The notes under the pieces: model-generated
The model's input: only the letters and a program-made list of their open reading frames with translations
What the model was told of the DNA's origin: nothing
The model's database searches: none
Translations under genes and position numbers: made by a program
Shown: positions 7,524-17,931 of the stretch, one piece after another
Layout of the letters: the number at the start of each line of letters is the position of its first letter
Position numbering within the stretch: the stretch's first letter is position 1
From: Nitrosopumilus sp.
GTDB taxonomy: Archaea; Thermoproteota; Nitrososphaeria; Nitrososphaerales; Nitrosopumilaceae
Direction of reading: 5' to 3'
Length of the DNA stretch: 42,680 nt
Assembly (NCBI GenBank): GCA_013043295.1
Contig: JABDOO010000016.1
Span: 1 to 42,680 of the forward strand

Positions 7524-9976
7524 TTTCGCTTTTTCAAATAAATCAATATCCCTATGATTATGACTAGTGGAATTATCATCGTCCAATAGTATGAATCATT
7601 CATATCAAATTCTATATTTTCAAATGTTCTGTTTGGTAGTTCTTCCGAGTTAGATGTTACAATGAAACTTGATTCATAAAATTCAGGTTTTAAAACAGAA
7701 TCTGAAATTGCAAAAATCTTGATGCTGTTTGCACCTATACCTAGTTTATTGGAATTTTCGGAGATTACTTTGATTATAACTTGGTTGTCTTCAATGTCTA
7801 GGGTTTCTGAAACAATTTTTTCTCCCTTGCTATCTGTTAAAAAATATAATATCCTATCTGAATTGGAAGTTTCAATCCTTATTGTAATTTCTTGGCCTTT
7901 TTGAATAATTTTTTCAAATTCAACTTTTGTAATTGATGGGAATTCTGCATTTTCAAACTCAGACCATTCTCCCTTTTTAAATGGGTATGAATCATCTTCA
8001 AACGTAGTCACCTTGATGGTTCGAGATTCTGGTGAATAAGATTCTAAATAAAATGGTCCGTTACTTATCACTGCATGTTTGTTGGTATCAATCCAACTAA
8101 TTGATGATTCATATCTGTTCTTGAAATACTCTGAGTCCTCGTAAGGGAATTTTTCTAATGAGATTGGAATATGGTTTGATTCTTTAAACTCGTTTAGATA
8201 ATTTTTGATTGCTGTTGCATCATTTGGAATGATTAGTGACAACCAATTGACATTTTTACTTGTGGCCCCTGATCTTGAAAATGACGCTTTTCCCTCTGTA
8301 ACTGCTTTCTCCATCGCTGCAGTTATCTCCCAAGGGACTACGCTCCAAAGTGATGCCCATTCTGCAATTTCTCCATCATCAAAATGCCAGTAATCTACAT
8401 AAACTTCAATTGTATCATCATCAAGAATGTTTATCCCTTTAATTGATTGAATGCTTTGTGCAGCTCTTGGTGTAAATTCAGTATCAAATGTTTTGTCATT
8501 TGCATCTGTTTGAGTTCCCCATTCAATTGTGAAATATAGAGAATGAATTATGTCATTAATGTCCATTTTTTGACCATTATGCCATTTACTAAATTTAAAA
8601 TCAAATGTAACTTTACTAGTTGCCTCATTACCAATATCCACATTTTCCCATTTTTGCAAACTGGGACTCCACCGAATTGCTTCTTCTGGAATGTTTAATT
8701 TCTCATTTGGTCCAGCAGTCTCAACATTCCATGAAGCCCTTACAGGAAAGGTTTCGCCTGTAAATGGATGCTTGAATGTAGCAGGATCAGAGATTATTCC
8801 CCAAATGTGTCTACTATAACTATCTGTTAAACCCATGATTGGATTCCAAGCCCCTTGATAGATTTGTTTGACCCCAATTACTAATTCCTGTTCGCTGCTT
8901 TTTGCATTAATTGGTGTGAATCTACTTGGAACCCCTGCACCAAAATCATTTACAATTCCTTCTACTTTGTCATTTACAACATATTGATCAATTTTACTGG
9001 CTAAAAAAATCCGTACTGATTCATTTACTCCTTCTGTGACTGCTTCTTGAATTAATTTTGTTCTTTGTTCAGATGTTTCAAAATCTCCCGTGTATATTTT
9101 CTGAGTAAGGCCATCTATTTTTTCATTTTTATAATTCCAATATGCAGGATCATTAAAGCCTGGCATATTTGAAAACCATGGAGAATACATTTGTCCCAGA
9201 CCTACTGAATCATACTTTACAAATGCTGAACGCGCCCAGCCCTCAGTGTATAAATTCCATTTTAAATCTGAAGGATTAGAACCATACACTACTACGAATG
9301 CCTTATTCAAATCACCAAAATCTTTCTTTACAATAAATCCTATTTTTTCTAATTCTGCAGATAGTATTTCACCAATTGATTTTCTCACTGGGTCATCACT
9401 TCTAATAAAAATTGTAATCTCTATCGCTATATCATCAAAATACCACTTTCCTTCTTTTTTGATGGCTCCATTTTCATCTAGAGCTTTTGAAATAACTTGA
9501 TTTGCAAAGTTAGGATTATATTTAAAATTAAATGTCTCTAATTGCTCAACAACTGTGAGATATTCTGGATCAGTTGGACTATAGTATGAAATAATTGGTG
9601 CACCGTACCCTCCCATCAATTCATTGACAATTAATTTTCTATCAACTAAATAATTTAATGCAAACCTAATTTCTTTATATGAAAATGGATTGAACTTTTC
9701 TGATTCTGCAGGATTGATTAGAATGCTGTATGATCCTCCTGTTGAATCAAATACATGTAACCCCTCTGTGTCTTGATTATTTTCCAGTCTATCTGGTGAA
9801 ATTGTATAGTAGTATACATCAAGATTTCCGTTTCGTACTTCTTCTAAAGCCGTATTTTCATCAAGATATTGAATAAATTTTACTGAATCAAAAAATGTAT
9901 TTTTTTCTGCAAATGATTCACCAAATGCTAAAGACACTACCAAAATAGCTAGTATGATAACTAGCATCTTTTTCAT
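7520..9976 (-). CDS. ABC transporter substrate-binding protein, peptide/nickel family 5
   Basis: Signal peptide, NPFSYKEIRFALNYLVDR, KWHNGQKMDINDI, SNGPFYLESY, C-terminal TM anchor with basic tail. Confidence 0.88.
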   Translation of the reverse strand: MKKMLVIILAILVVSLAFGESFAEKNTFFDSVKFIQYLDENTALEEVRNGNLDVYYYTISPDRLENNQDTEGLHVFDSTGGSYSILINPAESEKFNPFSYKEIRFALNYLVDRKLIVNELMGGYGAPIISYYSPTDPEYLTVVEQLETFNFKYNPNFANQVISKALDENGAIKKEGKWYFDDIAIEITIFIRSDDPVRKSIGEILSAELEKIGFIVKKDFGDLNKAFVVVYGSNPSDLKWNLYTEGWARSAFVKYDSVGLGQMYSPWFSNMPGFNDPAYWNYKNEKIDGLTQKIYTGDFETSEQRTKLIQEAVTEGVNESVRIFLASKIDQYVVNDKVEGIVNDFGAGVPSRFTPINAKSSEQELVIGVKQIYQGAWNPIMGLTDSYSRHIWGIISDPATFKHPFTGETFPVRASWNVETAGPNEKLNIPEEAIRWSPSLQKWENVDIGNEATSKVTFDFKFSKWHNGQKMDINDIIHSLYFTIEWGTQTDANDKTFDTEFTPRAAQSIQSIKGINILDDDTIEVYVDYWHFDDGEIAEWASLWSVVPWEITAAMEKAVTEGKASFSRSGATSKNVNWLSLIIPNDATAIKNYLNEFKESNHIPISLEKFPYEDSEYFKNRYESSISWIDTNKHAVISNGPFYLESYSPESRTIKVTTFEDDSYPFKKGEWSEFENAEFPSITKVEFEKIIQKGQEITIRIETSNSDRILYFLTDSKGEKIVSETLDIEDNQVIIKVISENSNKLGIGANSIKIFAISDSVLKPEFYESSFIVTSNSEELPNRTFENIEFDMNDSYYWTMIIPLVIIIGILIYLKKRN

Positions 9977-10057
9977 GTTGTTACTTTCAAAACCATGTAA
10001 TAAAACCTATATCATAATAACCTGGTGTTATTAGCTGCTAAAACCTATATTTCAAAG

Positions 10058-10711
10058 ATGAATCAAAAATCTCAATTGAAAATTCATCCAAAAATGATCA
10101 CTGGAATTAAGGGAATAATTCAGGGAGGAATTTCTATTCAAGATTTTTCTGCTGTTACAAAAATGAATGAAATAGATTCTAAAATTATTTTAGATGAATT
10201 CATAAAAAATGAAATTGGAACAATAAACGATGGTGTATACTATTTTGAAGATGGTGACAAATTAAAAATTGCAGTTGCTTTACTTGAAAAAGGTTTTCCA
10301 ATAGATGAAATTGCTATTGAATTAGATTGGAGGGATTTTGAGGGATTGACTGCAGAAGTTTTATCTGAAAAAAATTTTGCTGTACTGAAAAATGTTATGT
10401 TAAAAAAACCTCGAATGGAAATCGATGTTGTTGGTATAAGACTTGGTATTGCTATCTTGATAGATTGTAAACACTGGAATAGATATAGCACCTCTGCCCT
10501 TTCAGCGGCTGTTCAAAAACAGATTGAACGTACCAAACAATATGTTGCTAAAACCCCTGGGGCCATTGCCGTGCCTGTAATAGTGACATTATATCAAGAC
10601 AAAATCAATTTTATTGAAAATGTACCTATTGTCCCTATCTTCCAATTTGGCTCATTTGTGGATGAATTTTATGGAAATATTGATCAAATGAAAACTATAG
10701 GAACAGACTAG
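10058..10711 (+). CDS. Mrr-like PD-(D/E)xK nuclease domain protein
   Basis: LDWRDFEGLTAEVL...EIDVVG...ILIDCKHW matches the Mrr_cat pattern; ATG 10058 preferred to GTG 10025. Confidence 0.75.
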   Translation: MNQKSQLKIHPKMITGIKGIIQGGISIQDFSAVTKMNEIDSKIILDEFIKNEIGTINDGVYYFEDGDKLKIAVALLEKGFPIDEIAIELDWRDFEGLTAEVLSEKNFAVLKNVMLKKPRMEIDVVGIRLGIAILIDCKHWNRYSTSALSAAVQKQIERTKQYVAKTPGAIAVPVIVTLYQDKINFIENVPIVPIFQFGSFVDEFYGNIDQMKTIGTD

Positions 10712-12443
10712 AAACAAAAAACACTACTCCTCCTATGACGAATCCTTTTGTAATTTTCAATGAATTATCTAATGCTTTTGAATAATCTTCATAGATTCCT
10801 TGTCCCATAACTTTAACATTAGTTTCATTTTCTAAAATTTCAAATTTTGTAGATGAAATGTTGGCTTCTGCACTTTTTGCAATTTCAAAGAACCATTTTG
10901 CAAGTTTATCTGCACTTGTAATTAATCCAAGTTGATAATACCCATTTCTGTTTCTTGCTTTTACTGGGGCATAATGTGTATCTGATGTGCAAATCTCTAA
11001 TAACTGATAGTCTCTTTTTGAAAATATCTCAATGATTTTCTCTCTTACTCCATTTTCCATGTTATTGGAATCTGCCCATCCAAGAAAATATTTTTTTTCA
11101 TTAATTTTTAGACAAACTATTCCTAACCCTGCCATTCCCAAATCTTCTGTCCACACATCCATTTCGTCAGTATTGGCATAGCCTAATTCTATTGGGAAGC
11201 TATCTTTTGTAATTAGAGTATCTAAACATGATTTTGCCGCTTTAAGCATGTCTTCTCCGTCTTCTTTTGATATTTCTTCCCCCATTGCATTATGACAGTC
11301 AACAATCATTGTTCTAGAATAATTTCTATTATCTGCATATTGTACAATTTCTGTTTTCATATAACTTGGGATATCTTCCATTCCGTGAGGGGATAGTGAT
11401 AAGAACAATAACGGATTATTTCCAAAAAGTAATCCTGTAACTCTGGCTTTGTTAATTTGTACTGTTACTGGCTCTGTACATTTCATTCCTTCCTCTTTGA
11501 TTTTACTATTTTCTAAATTTTTTAGATATTTTTCAACTTCATTTCGTGATGGTAAATTTAATGCATGATCTGAAATACTATGCATTATCATGGCTGATGA
11601 CGATAAATTCTTGTAAATTAGATATGGTATATTGCTGCCTCCTACTGGATGATATGGTCCTGGGTGAATTCCTGGTAGAACCATTCTGAATTCCTTTTCG
11701 CCATCATGAGTCAAAAATTTAATTTGTGATGTGGACACTTTGGTTTCATTTGAGCGTTGTTCCATTAATTTTTCTGCGTCCTCAAAATCATTTCCTTGGG
11801 ATGCAAGATATGCTTGAATTGTTTTGTGTGTACTTTCCATTGCTGGCCTTCCTGCTCTATCAGTTAAAACTGACCAAATACTTGCAATAATCATAAAAGA
11901 TATTCCGTAACCTAATCCTATTGGTTCACTAAGTATTGAAATCCACATGTCTTGTGGAATTAATACTAGAAACATTGCTAGTGGCTGAATTAAACAAATT
12001 GTCCATGCTTTTTTGAGACTTACTCCTAACGTGGTTGTGTATATTCCAATTCTAAAACTTGCAAAAAGTAGTAGTCCAAAGACTATGAAAAATGGTTCTA
12101 AATCTTTTGATAAAACAATACTTGAAAGAATTCCCATTAATAGTGTAACAGTCCATAACATGTTGCCAAATAGAGATGAATGAAGTGATTTGGAATATTC
12201 TTTTTTCTTTGTGAAACGTGTATCTAGTAGTTGTGTCACATACAATACTCCTAAAACTAGTGGCAGTCTAAACCAATTATCTTCAAAACCTAGGTAATTT
12301 AGATAACCCAAGTATGTTGATAGAACTGTTACTGCTGCTACTACCATTGAAACTACTAGAGAGAAATAATGTGATGATGGATTTACTAAAGTAAGGGAAA
12401 ATCTGTTGTGTATATTTGAAACATCGTCTGGAGCTTTTTCCAT
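10695..12443 (-). CDS. DUF2070-like membrane protein
   Basis: Multi-TM N-terminus; IHPGPY, HSISDH, VDCHN, DSNNM, TSDTH motifs recalled from archaeal DUF2070. Confidence 0.8.
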   Translation of the reverse strand: MEKAPDDVSNIHNRFSLTLVNPSSHYFSLVVSMVVAAVTVLSTYLGYLNYLGFEDNWFRLPLVLGVLYVTQLLDTRFTKKKEYSKSLHSSLFGNMLWTVTLLMGILSSIVLSKDLEPFFIVFGLLLFASFRIGIYTTTLGVSLKKAWTICLIQPLAMFLVLIPQDMWISILSEPIGLGYGISFMIIASIWSVLTDRAGRPAMESTHKTIQAYLASQGNDFEDAEKLMEQRSNETKVSTSQIKFLTHDGEKEFRMVLPGIHPGPYHPVGGSNIPYLIYKNLSSSAMIMHSISDHALNLPSRNEVEKYLKNLENSKIKEEGMKCTEPVTVQINKARVTGLLFGNNPLLFLSLSPHGMEDIPSYMKTEIVQYADNRNYSRTMIVDCHNAMGEEISKEDGEDMLKAAKSCLDTLITKDSFPIELGYANTDEMDVWTEDLGMAGLGIVCLKINEKKYFLGWADSNNMENGVREKIIEIFSKRDYQLLEICTSDTHYAPVKARNRNGYYQLGLITSADKLAKWFFEIAKSAEANISSTKFEILENETNVKVMGQGIYEDYSKALDNSLKITKGFVIGGVVFFVSSLFL

Positions 12444-12450
12444 AGTTTCT

Positions 12451-12615
12451 TCACGGAACGAAAAATAAATCTATAATCCACGAAACGGCAATTAAACTGA
12501 TAGGAATTGATACTACGATTTTTGGATCTATTTTGAATCCTTTTGTCTCATCTTCGAAGAATCGCATAAGGCCACCACTTGATGCTGGAAGTGGTGCTGA
12601 TTTCTTGTCTGCCAT
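12451..12615 (-). CDS. secG: Preprotein translocase subunit Sec61beta (not in ORF track)
   Basis: Manual translation MADKKSAPLPASSGGLMRFFEDETKGFKIDPKIVVSIPISLIAVSWIIDLFFVP; GLMRFF..E..G.KIDP plus TM helix is the Sec61beta signature. Confidence 0.92.
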   Translation of the reverse strand: MADKKSAPLPASSGGLMRFFEDETKGFKIDPKIVVSIPISLIAVSWIIDLFFVP

Positions 12616-12691
12616 CGTTACAACACGAAAGCAATTATTTTAACATAAAAACTTTATTCTAAGCGTGAATTTCAACCCTAAATAGTCTATT

Positions 12692-12908
12692 TTATACTAA
12701 ATCGATCATTTCCTGTTTGACTCTAAAATTTTGCATCATTTGCATGTATATTGCTAATTTTTTCTCATCCAAAAAAGCAATAAAGTTTGTTCTAAATATT
12801 GCCGAATTATTTTACCTTGTTCATTAGTGACTCCATGAATTATTTGGTTTTTTTGAGTAATTCTTTACAATTTTTTTCTAATACTTTAACATCATGATGC
12901 ATTGACAA
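12692..12908 (-). pseudogene. Probable frameshifted remnant of a small thaumarchaeal (DUF6659/roadblock-like) gene
   Basis: Protein-like fragments interrupted by frameshifts: LEKNCKELLKK, QIIHGVTNEQGKII, AIFRTNFIAFLDEKKLAIYMQMMQNFRVKQEM. Family resemblance is from memory only. Confidence 0.35.
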
Positions 12909-12910
12909 AT

Positions 12911-13390
12911 TTACTTACTTTTCTTTTGCTTATGATATATTTTCACTACTTCTTCATGATACTTTTGAGTAGGAATAAACATTTTCACTCCGTCATCATC
13001 CAGAGCAGTAATTTTTGTCAAATGTAGTTCGATTATTACTCCTTTGTTTCCTTCAACCTCGATTATATCACCAATATCTATTTCAGAATTTAGATATATC
13101 CCAATCCCAGCAACCATGTTCTTTAGATTATTTTGAATCGCCCATACTACAAGTGCAAATGCAACTCCTACTGATGCGATTACTTCCGTGGCATGTTGAA
13201 AAATTCCAAAGTTTATTCCCAAGTAAGTTACTTCTGTTATGACAATTCCTAACGAAATCAATTTGAGCATTTTTTGGGTTCCTTTGAGTTTTTTGAGTTT
13301 GGTCTTTATCATCCCCCTTATGCTAAAAAATATTACAATAGAAATTACAATTGATATTAATCCATAGATGATATTATCATTAAACTCCAT
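12911..13390 (-). CDS. mscS: Short MscS-family mechanosensitive channel protein
   Basis: Three TM helices then AIQNNLKNMVAGI, IDIGDIIEVEGNKGVIIEL, FIPT; ends after the beta domain. Confidence 0.8.
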   Translation of the reverse strand: MEFNDNIIYGLISIVISIVIFFSIRGMIKTKLKKLKGTQKMLKLISLGIVITEVTYLGINFGIFQHATEVIASVGVAFALVVWAIQNNLKNMVAGIGIYLNSEIDIGDIIEVEGNKGVIIELHLTKITALDDDGVKMFIPTQKYHEEVVKIYHKQKKSK

Positions 13391-13521
13391 TTGGTGTTTT
13401 TCTTATTTCATCAACTATATAATTTAAGTAAAATTTGTACGATACCAATATTGAGAAATATCAATATCTTGCTGTCTCTATTATGATTTTTAAGGCTAGT
13501 TTTTGATTAAACCTAGACACA

Positions 13522-13854
13522 TTATTGTTTTCCTTTTGTTTTTTCAATGGTCTCCAATAGAGAATTGATCGTTTTTAGAATGCCTTGCTGCTTTTCATGA
13601 TCACTTTCTTGCTCTAACTCTGCTGAAAGAATAGTGAGTTTTTTCTGCAATGTTTTCTCAATAGGAGATGCTGATTCATCTGTTGATTCAGATGTGGATA
13701 TGTCTTTTTTTTCAGGCTGACGACCACAACTTATGCATAGTGCTTGCCCTTCTTTCATAACTCTGACTCCTGAACAATATGGACATGGCTCTCCGAGCAA
13801 GGTTGCCCCATTTAGAAGCATTTCTGCAGCTTTTTTTGTAAGGTCTTCTGCCAT
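13522..13854 (-). CDS. Autoantigen p27 / SSSCA1 (UPF0148) zinc-ribbon protein
   Basis: AEMLLNGATLLGEPCPYC...CISCG plus C-terminal coiled coil. Confidence 0.85.
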   Translation of the reverse strand: MAEDLTKKAAEMLLNGATLLGEPCPYCSGVRVMKEGQALCISCGRQPEKKDISTSESTDESASPIEKTLQKKLTILSAELEQESDHEKQQGILKTINSLLETIEKTKGKQ

Positions 13855-13958
13855 GTTTTTCCTTTGATTTTCTATCTAAAAAATCCGTTTATTTTTAATT
13901 TTTAATTGATATTCAAACAAGGCTTAATAGTGTGAATAATTGAAATTATTTCGAACGA

Positions 13959-14267
13959 ATGGCAGTAATTTGTAATACTTGTGGTCTCCCAGAAGATTTG
14001 TGTGCTTGTGGTGAACTTGCCAAAGACAGTACTAAAATTATTATTCGATTAGAAACCCGACGATTTAAGAAAAAAGGCACTATGATTGAAGGTTTGGATC
14101 CCAAATTAAATAATTTAGAAACAGTCGCAAAAGAACTGAAAAACAAATATGCATGTGGGGGAACTGCAAAAGAAGGTTACATATTTTTACAAGGTGATCA
14201 TAGAGATACAATCAAAGACACTTTGATCAATTTAGGATTTGCAGAAGAAACTATAGAATTGCATTAG
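13959..14267 (+). CDS. sui1: Translation initiation factor aIF1 (SUI1)
   Basis: CNTCGLPEDLCAC N-terminus, LKNKYACGGTAK, LQGDHR. Confidence 0.95.
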   Translation: MAVICNTCGLPEDLCACGELAKDSTKIIIRLETRRFKKKGTMIEGLDPKLNNLETVAKELKNKYACGGTAKEGYIFLQGDHRDTIKDTLINLGFAEETIELH

Positions 14268-14272
14268 AAGAA

Positions 14273-15262
14273 TTGCAAAATTCTAAAAAATTATTACAAT
14301 CTATTGGTATTCCTTATACTGCCCTACTATCTGTAATCTTTGGGTTACTGCTAGTCTCTTTCCCTATAGGGATTTTTGTAGTTTTTGAAAGTGATATTGG
14401 TGGGGATATTAATTACGAGTATCCGTTAAGCCATTTAGATATTTTTGAAGGTACATCATTTTATCGCTCTGATGTAGATGTTAGCATTGGTGATGCATTT
14501 ACTGTCTTGTGGATATTTTATTTGATACTTTTTGTAATTGCAATACTTGGTCCAAAACATGATTTCCTAAAGACAATCTCTCCAATTATTTCTGTTGGAA
14601 AATATGATACTCGTTTTAATTATATGATTGGAGTCACTAAATGGTTCTCTATCCTAATTTTAGTTTCAGGCTTGATTAATTTTGTTCAAGAGGGATTTGG
14701 AATTGTAATTACTCCTCCTCTTGCTGACAATGAACTTATTCAGTTTTTTTACGTGACCCTTGCTCCCTTGATTGAAGAATTTGGATTCCGAATTATTTTG
14801 ATTGGAATCCCGCTATTTGCACTTTACTCTCACAAATCTTCCCTCAAATATTTCCTAAAATGTTTGTGGAATCCAAATCAACTTGATATATTTGATACAA
14901 AAAAAGCAATTCTTTTAATAATTTTTGTGGGTGTAATTTTCGGTTTTTCTCATATTGCCTTTGGAGATTCATGGAGTGGAGGAAAATTTGCCCAAGCAAC
15001 AGCTAGTGGAATAATTCTTGGTTGGGTTTATCTAAGATACGGTTTTGTTGCCTCTTTACTCATTCATTGGGCTACAAATTATTTTGTTTTTGCATATGGA
15101 AATTTTATTTCTCAATTAAATTCCGTCTCATTAGAATCTGCATTTTCGCATTCACTAATGTCAACCCTAGAAATTATTTTGCTTGTTTCAGGAGGCATAT
15201 CTATAGCTGTATTACTAATCCATAGATTTTATTCTAAAAGCAAGTCTACTTTAGAGGTTTAA
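14273..15262 (+). CDS. CPBP (CAAX/Abi family) intramembrane metalloprotease
   Basis: APLIEEFGFR, FGFSH, IHWATN motifs in a multi-TM protein. Confidence 0.88.
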   Translation: MQNSKKLLQSIGIPYTALLSVIFGLLLVSFPIGIFVVFESDIGGDINYEYPLSHLDIFEGTSFYRSDVDVSIGDAFTVLWIFYLILFVIAILGPKHDFLKTISPIISVGKYDTRFNYMIGVTKWFSILILVSGLINFVQEGFGIVITPPLADNELIQFFYVTLAPLIEEFGFRIILIGIPLFALYSHKSSLKYFLKCLWNPNQLDIFDTKKAILLIIFVGVIFGFSHIAFGDSWSGGKFAQATASGIILGWVYLRYGFVASLLIHWATNYFVFAYGNFISQLNSVSLESAFSHSLMSTLEIILLVSGGISIAVLLIHRFYSKSKSTLEV

Positions 15263-16159
15263 GGCTACTTTCAAACCCTTGTATCTATTTCTGATTGTTA
15301 CTTCTGTGACTCCTGCAGCTTCTGCAACATCTCTCTGGGTTTTATTTTCGCCATTTGTAACACAAGCCACGTAAAGTGCAGCAGCTGCTAATCCCATAGG
15401 ATCTTTACCTGCTGATATTTTTTGTTCTTCTGCTGTTTGTAAAATCTTGGTCGCCTTCCTTTTTGTTTTTTCTGATAATCCTGCTTTACTTGCAATTCTT
15501 GATATACATTTTACAGGATCAACAACTGGCATTTTCAAATTTAATTCCCTTAACAACAATCGATAACATCTGGCTATGTCTTTTCGTTTGATATTACTTG
15601 CTTGACCTATGTCTTTTAGTGTTCTTGGAGTTTCAGTATCTCTACATGCTGCATAAAGTGCTGATGCAATTAGTGCAGATATAGAACGTCCTCTAACTAG
15701 TCCTTTCTCAAGTGCTTTTCTATAGATGTAAGCTGCTTTTTCAATTACTGAATCCCCTACAGCAAGTTTGTCTTTTAGTCTGTCTAATTCACTAAATGCT
15801 TGCCTAAAATTCCTATCAACCGGTTCATGAACTTGACTTCTGCTGTCCCATGTTCTTAATCTTTCAATGGTACTTTTCATTGCAGCAGTAAGAGGTTTGC
15901 CTGTTGCATCTCTATTTTGTGGATTGATTACTGTAGCTAATCCCATATCATGCATAGCTAGTGATGTTGGAACTCCTGCCCTGCTTTTATTCTCCCCTTC
16001 ATTAGAAAATGATCTCCATTCTGGACCTGATTCTTCAACTTTATCTGTAATCACAAATCCACATTTGCCACAAAAATTCTCACCTGTATTGGCATCAGTT
16101 ACTAGCGTTCCCTTTCCACATCTAGGACATTTGTCTTTTGGATTAGTTGTTTTAACCAT
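15251..16159 (-). CDS. tfb: Transcription initiation factor IIB
   Basis: Zn ribbon CPRC/CGKCG, GPEWRSF, cyclin folds (GRS, GKDP, TQRDVAEAAGVTEVTIRNRY). ATG 16159 preferred; TTG 16171 possible. Confidence 0.97.
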   Translation of the reverse strand: MVKTTNPKDKCPRCGKGTLVTDANTGENFCGKCGFVITDKVEESGPEWRSFSNEGENKSRAGVPTSLAMHDMGLATVINPQNRDATGKPLTAAMKSTIERLRTWDSRSQVHEPVDRNFRQAFSELDRLKDKLAVGDSVIEKAAYIYRKALEKGLVRGRSISALIASALYAACRDTETPRTLKDIGQASNIKRKDIARCYRLLLRELNLKMPVVDPVKCISRIASKAGLSEKTKRKATKILQTAEEQKISAGKDPMGLAAAALYVACVTNGENKTQRDVAEAAGVTEVTIRNRYKGLKVALNL

Positions 16160-16254
16160 TTTTTCTCTCAAAACCTTTTATGATAATATTTAAGAATTTC
16201 TAAATCATCACTTATAAGTATATTGGTAATTTCATACCTAAATTGATAATTTTA

Positions 16255-16893
16255 CTATTCGGTTTCTAGAATTTCTTTAATCTTTTCTGAAATCTTTGGT
16301 TTTTCATTTTGTTCTAGTAGAAATTTCAAATCTTCGACATTATCTACATCCCACATTATTCTTTTCACAAAAACCATTGCTACATTTAGCGTATGTTGTT
16401 TTGCAGTATTCATGTGAATTTTATAACTATCTTCATCATAGTGGGTTTTCATCAAATCAGTTGGCATTCTAGCCAATGCGTTTGTGCCATCAAATCTTCT
16501 TGATGGAACAATAATTGCAAAATTTGGATGCATTTTGTAGTTTAACATAAAATCAATATCCTGAGTTTTGATAAATGGGATGTCTTGTGGGAAAACAATG
16601 GATGCATCAAATCCATTTTCAAAAAGATAATTATCTGCTAATGCAACTGCATTGTTAACACTCTCTTCTTTTTCATCGATGATTGTAATTGTATTGAACT
16701 TTTTTCCAATCTCAATTGCTTTCTCTTCTTTAGTTACCATTACTATTTTTTCAATTTGAGGTGATATTGATAAAGTATGTAAAATTTCTTCCAACATCAC
16801 AATACACAATTCCTCAACTTGGTGTGGAGATAAGCCTAAACGTGTTTTAGCTTTAGAGAAAGTCTTCACTGGAATAATTGCAGCTATTTTCAA
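16255..16893 (-). CDS. cofC: 2-phospho-L-lactate/PEP guanylyltransferase (F420 biosynthesis)
   Basis: IIPVKTFSKAKTRL, DIP, DGTNAL, DVDNVEDL; directly downstream of cofD. Confidence 0.92.
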   Translation of the reverse strand: MKIAAIIPVKTFSKAKTRLGLSPHQVEELCIVMLEEILHTLSISPQIEKIVMVTKEEKAIEIGKKFNTITIIDEKEESVNNAVALADNYLFENGFDASIVFPQDIPFIKTQDIDFMLNYKMHPNFAIIVPSRRFDGTNALARMPTDLMKTHYDEDSYKIHMNTAKQHTLNVAMVFVKRIMWDVDNVEDLKFLLEQNEKPKISEKIKEILETE

Positions 16894-16894
16894 A

Positions 16895-17815
16895 TTATAC
16901 GTGCACTTGTTTTAAAATGAAATTTGCTAATGCGTCTTCTGCCAATTTATTTTTCATAGTAATTTTTGTTTCAAAAACTTTCATGTCCAAACTTTGAATT
17001 TTTTTTGCTAGCAATCTATCTTTAGTATCTACAATGATGTTAGAACAAACATCTGAGTACATTTTTGCTAATCCATAAGCATTAGATTCTATTCCTGCAG
17101 CCTGCATATATTTTGCAGCTGGGCCGCTAATTGCATTTTCTCCAATTAGGGGACTGATTGCAACTACTTTTTTCTTGATTTTTGATAATTCTTTTCTAAT
17201 TCCTTTGATTTGTAGCATTGGTCCAATTGATGTAAGTGGGTTACCTGGTGCTAAAATTACCATGTCTGCATCATGAATTGCATTCACTGCTTCGGGGTTG
17301 GGACGAGCTTTATCAGCTCCGATATATTGAATTCCTTCCACAGGATCTTTTCCTCTATGCTTGACCCAATACTCTTGTAAATGCAATTCTCCTTTATCTG
17401 TAGTAATTCTTGTTTCAATTGTGTTATCAGTTACTGGTATAATGTTTGAGCTAACTGCAAATTTTTCACACATCCATTTTGTGATATCACTAAGATTCTT
17501 TCCATTTTTCAACATGTTCGTTCTAATCAAATGAGTAGCCGCATCTCTGTCTCCAACTCTGAACCATGTCTCTTCGCCAAAAACTTCCATTTGACGTAAA
17601 AAGTTGAATGTGTCTTTTTTCATACCCCATCCTCTTTCCTGATCCAGCAAATCAGCTAAACCGTATACAATAGTATCAATATCCGGACACACATAGAGTC
17701 CATATAGCCAATAATTGTCCCCAACATTACTAATTACATTAACTTTGGATTCTTGAGAAACTAACCCTCTAACTAGTTTAACCGACCCTGTTCCTCCTGC
17801 TAATACTGTAATCAT
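16895..17815 (-). CDS. cofD: 2-phospho-L-lactate transferase (F420 biosynthesis)
   Basis: LAGGTGSVKL, NVGDN, VCPDIDT, GDRDAATH, HLQEYWV, PGNPLTSIGP, SGPA. Confidence 0.95.
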   Translation of the reverse strand: MITVLAGGTGSVKLVRGLVSQESKVNVISNVGDNYWLYGLYVCPDIDTIVYGLADLLDQERGWGMKKDTFNFLRQMEVFGEETWFRVGDRDAATHLIRTNMLKNGKNLSDITKWMCEKFAVSSNIIPVTDNTIETRITTDKGELHLQEYWVKHRGKDPVEGIQYIGADKARPNPEAVNAIHDADMVILAPGNPLTSIGPMLQIKGIRKELSKIKKKVVAISPLIGENAISGPAAKYMQAAGIESNAYGLAKMYSDVCSNIIVDTKDRLLAKKIQSLDMKVFETKITMKNKLAEDALANFILKQVHV

Positions 17816-17931
17816 TCCATATTCCTCTAAAACTGTAAGTCTTCAACCTATCACTCAATATTACTTTTTCAAAAAATGCCGATCTAGTAATTTAGGATAA
17901 GTTTATTACCTTAATTTCACGGATTTTACTC

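Noticed and set aside
13448-13467. Inverted repeat ATATTGA-N6-TCAATAT upstream of mscS
   Set aside because: Short AT-only-like arms are expected by chance at this composition; no second copy seen.
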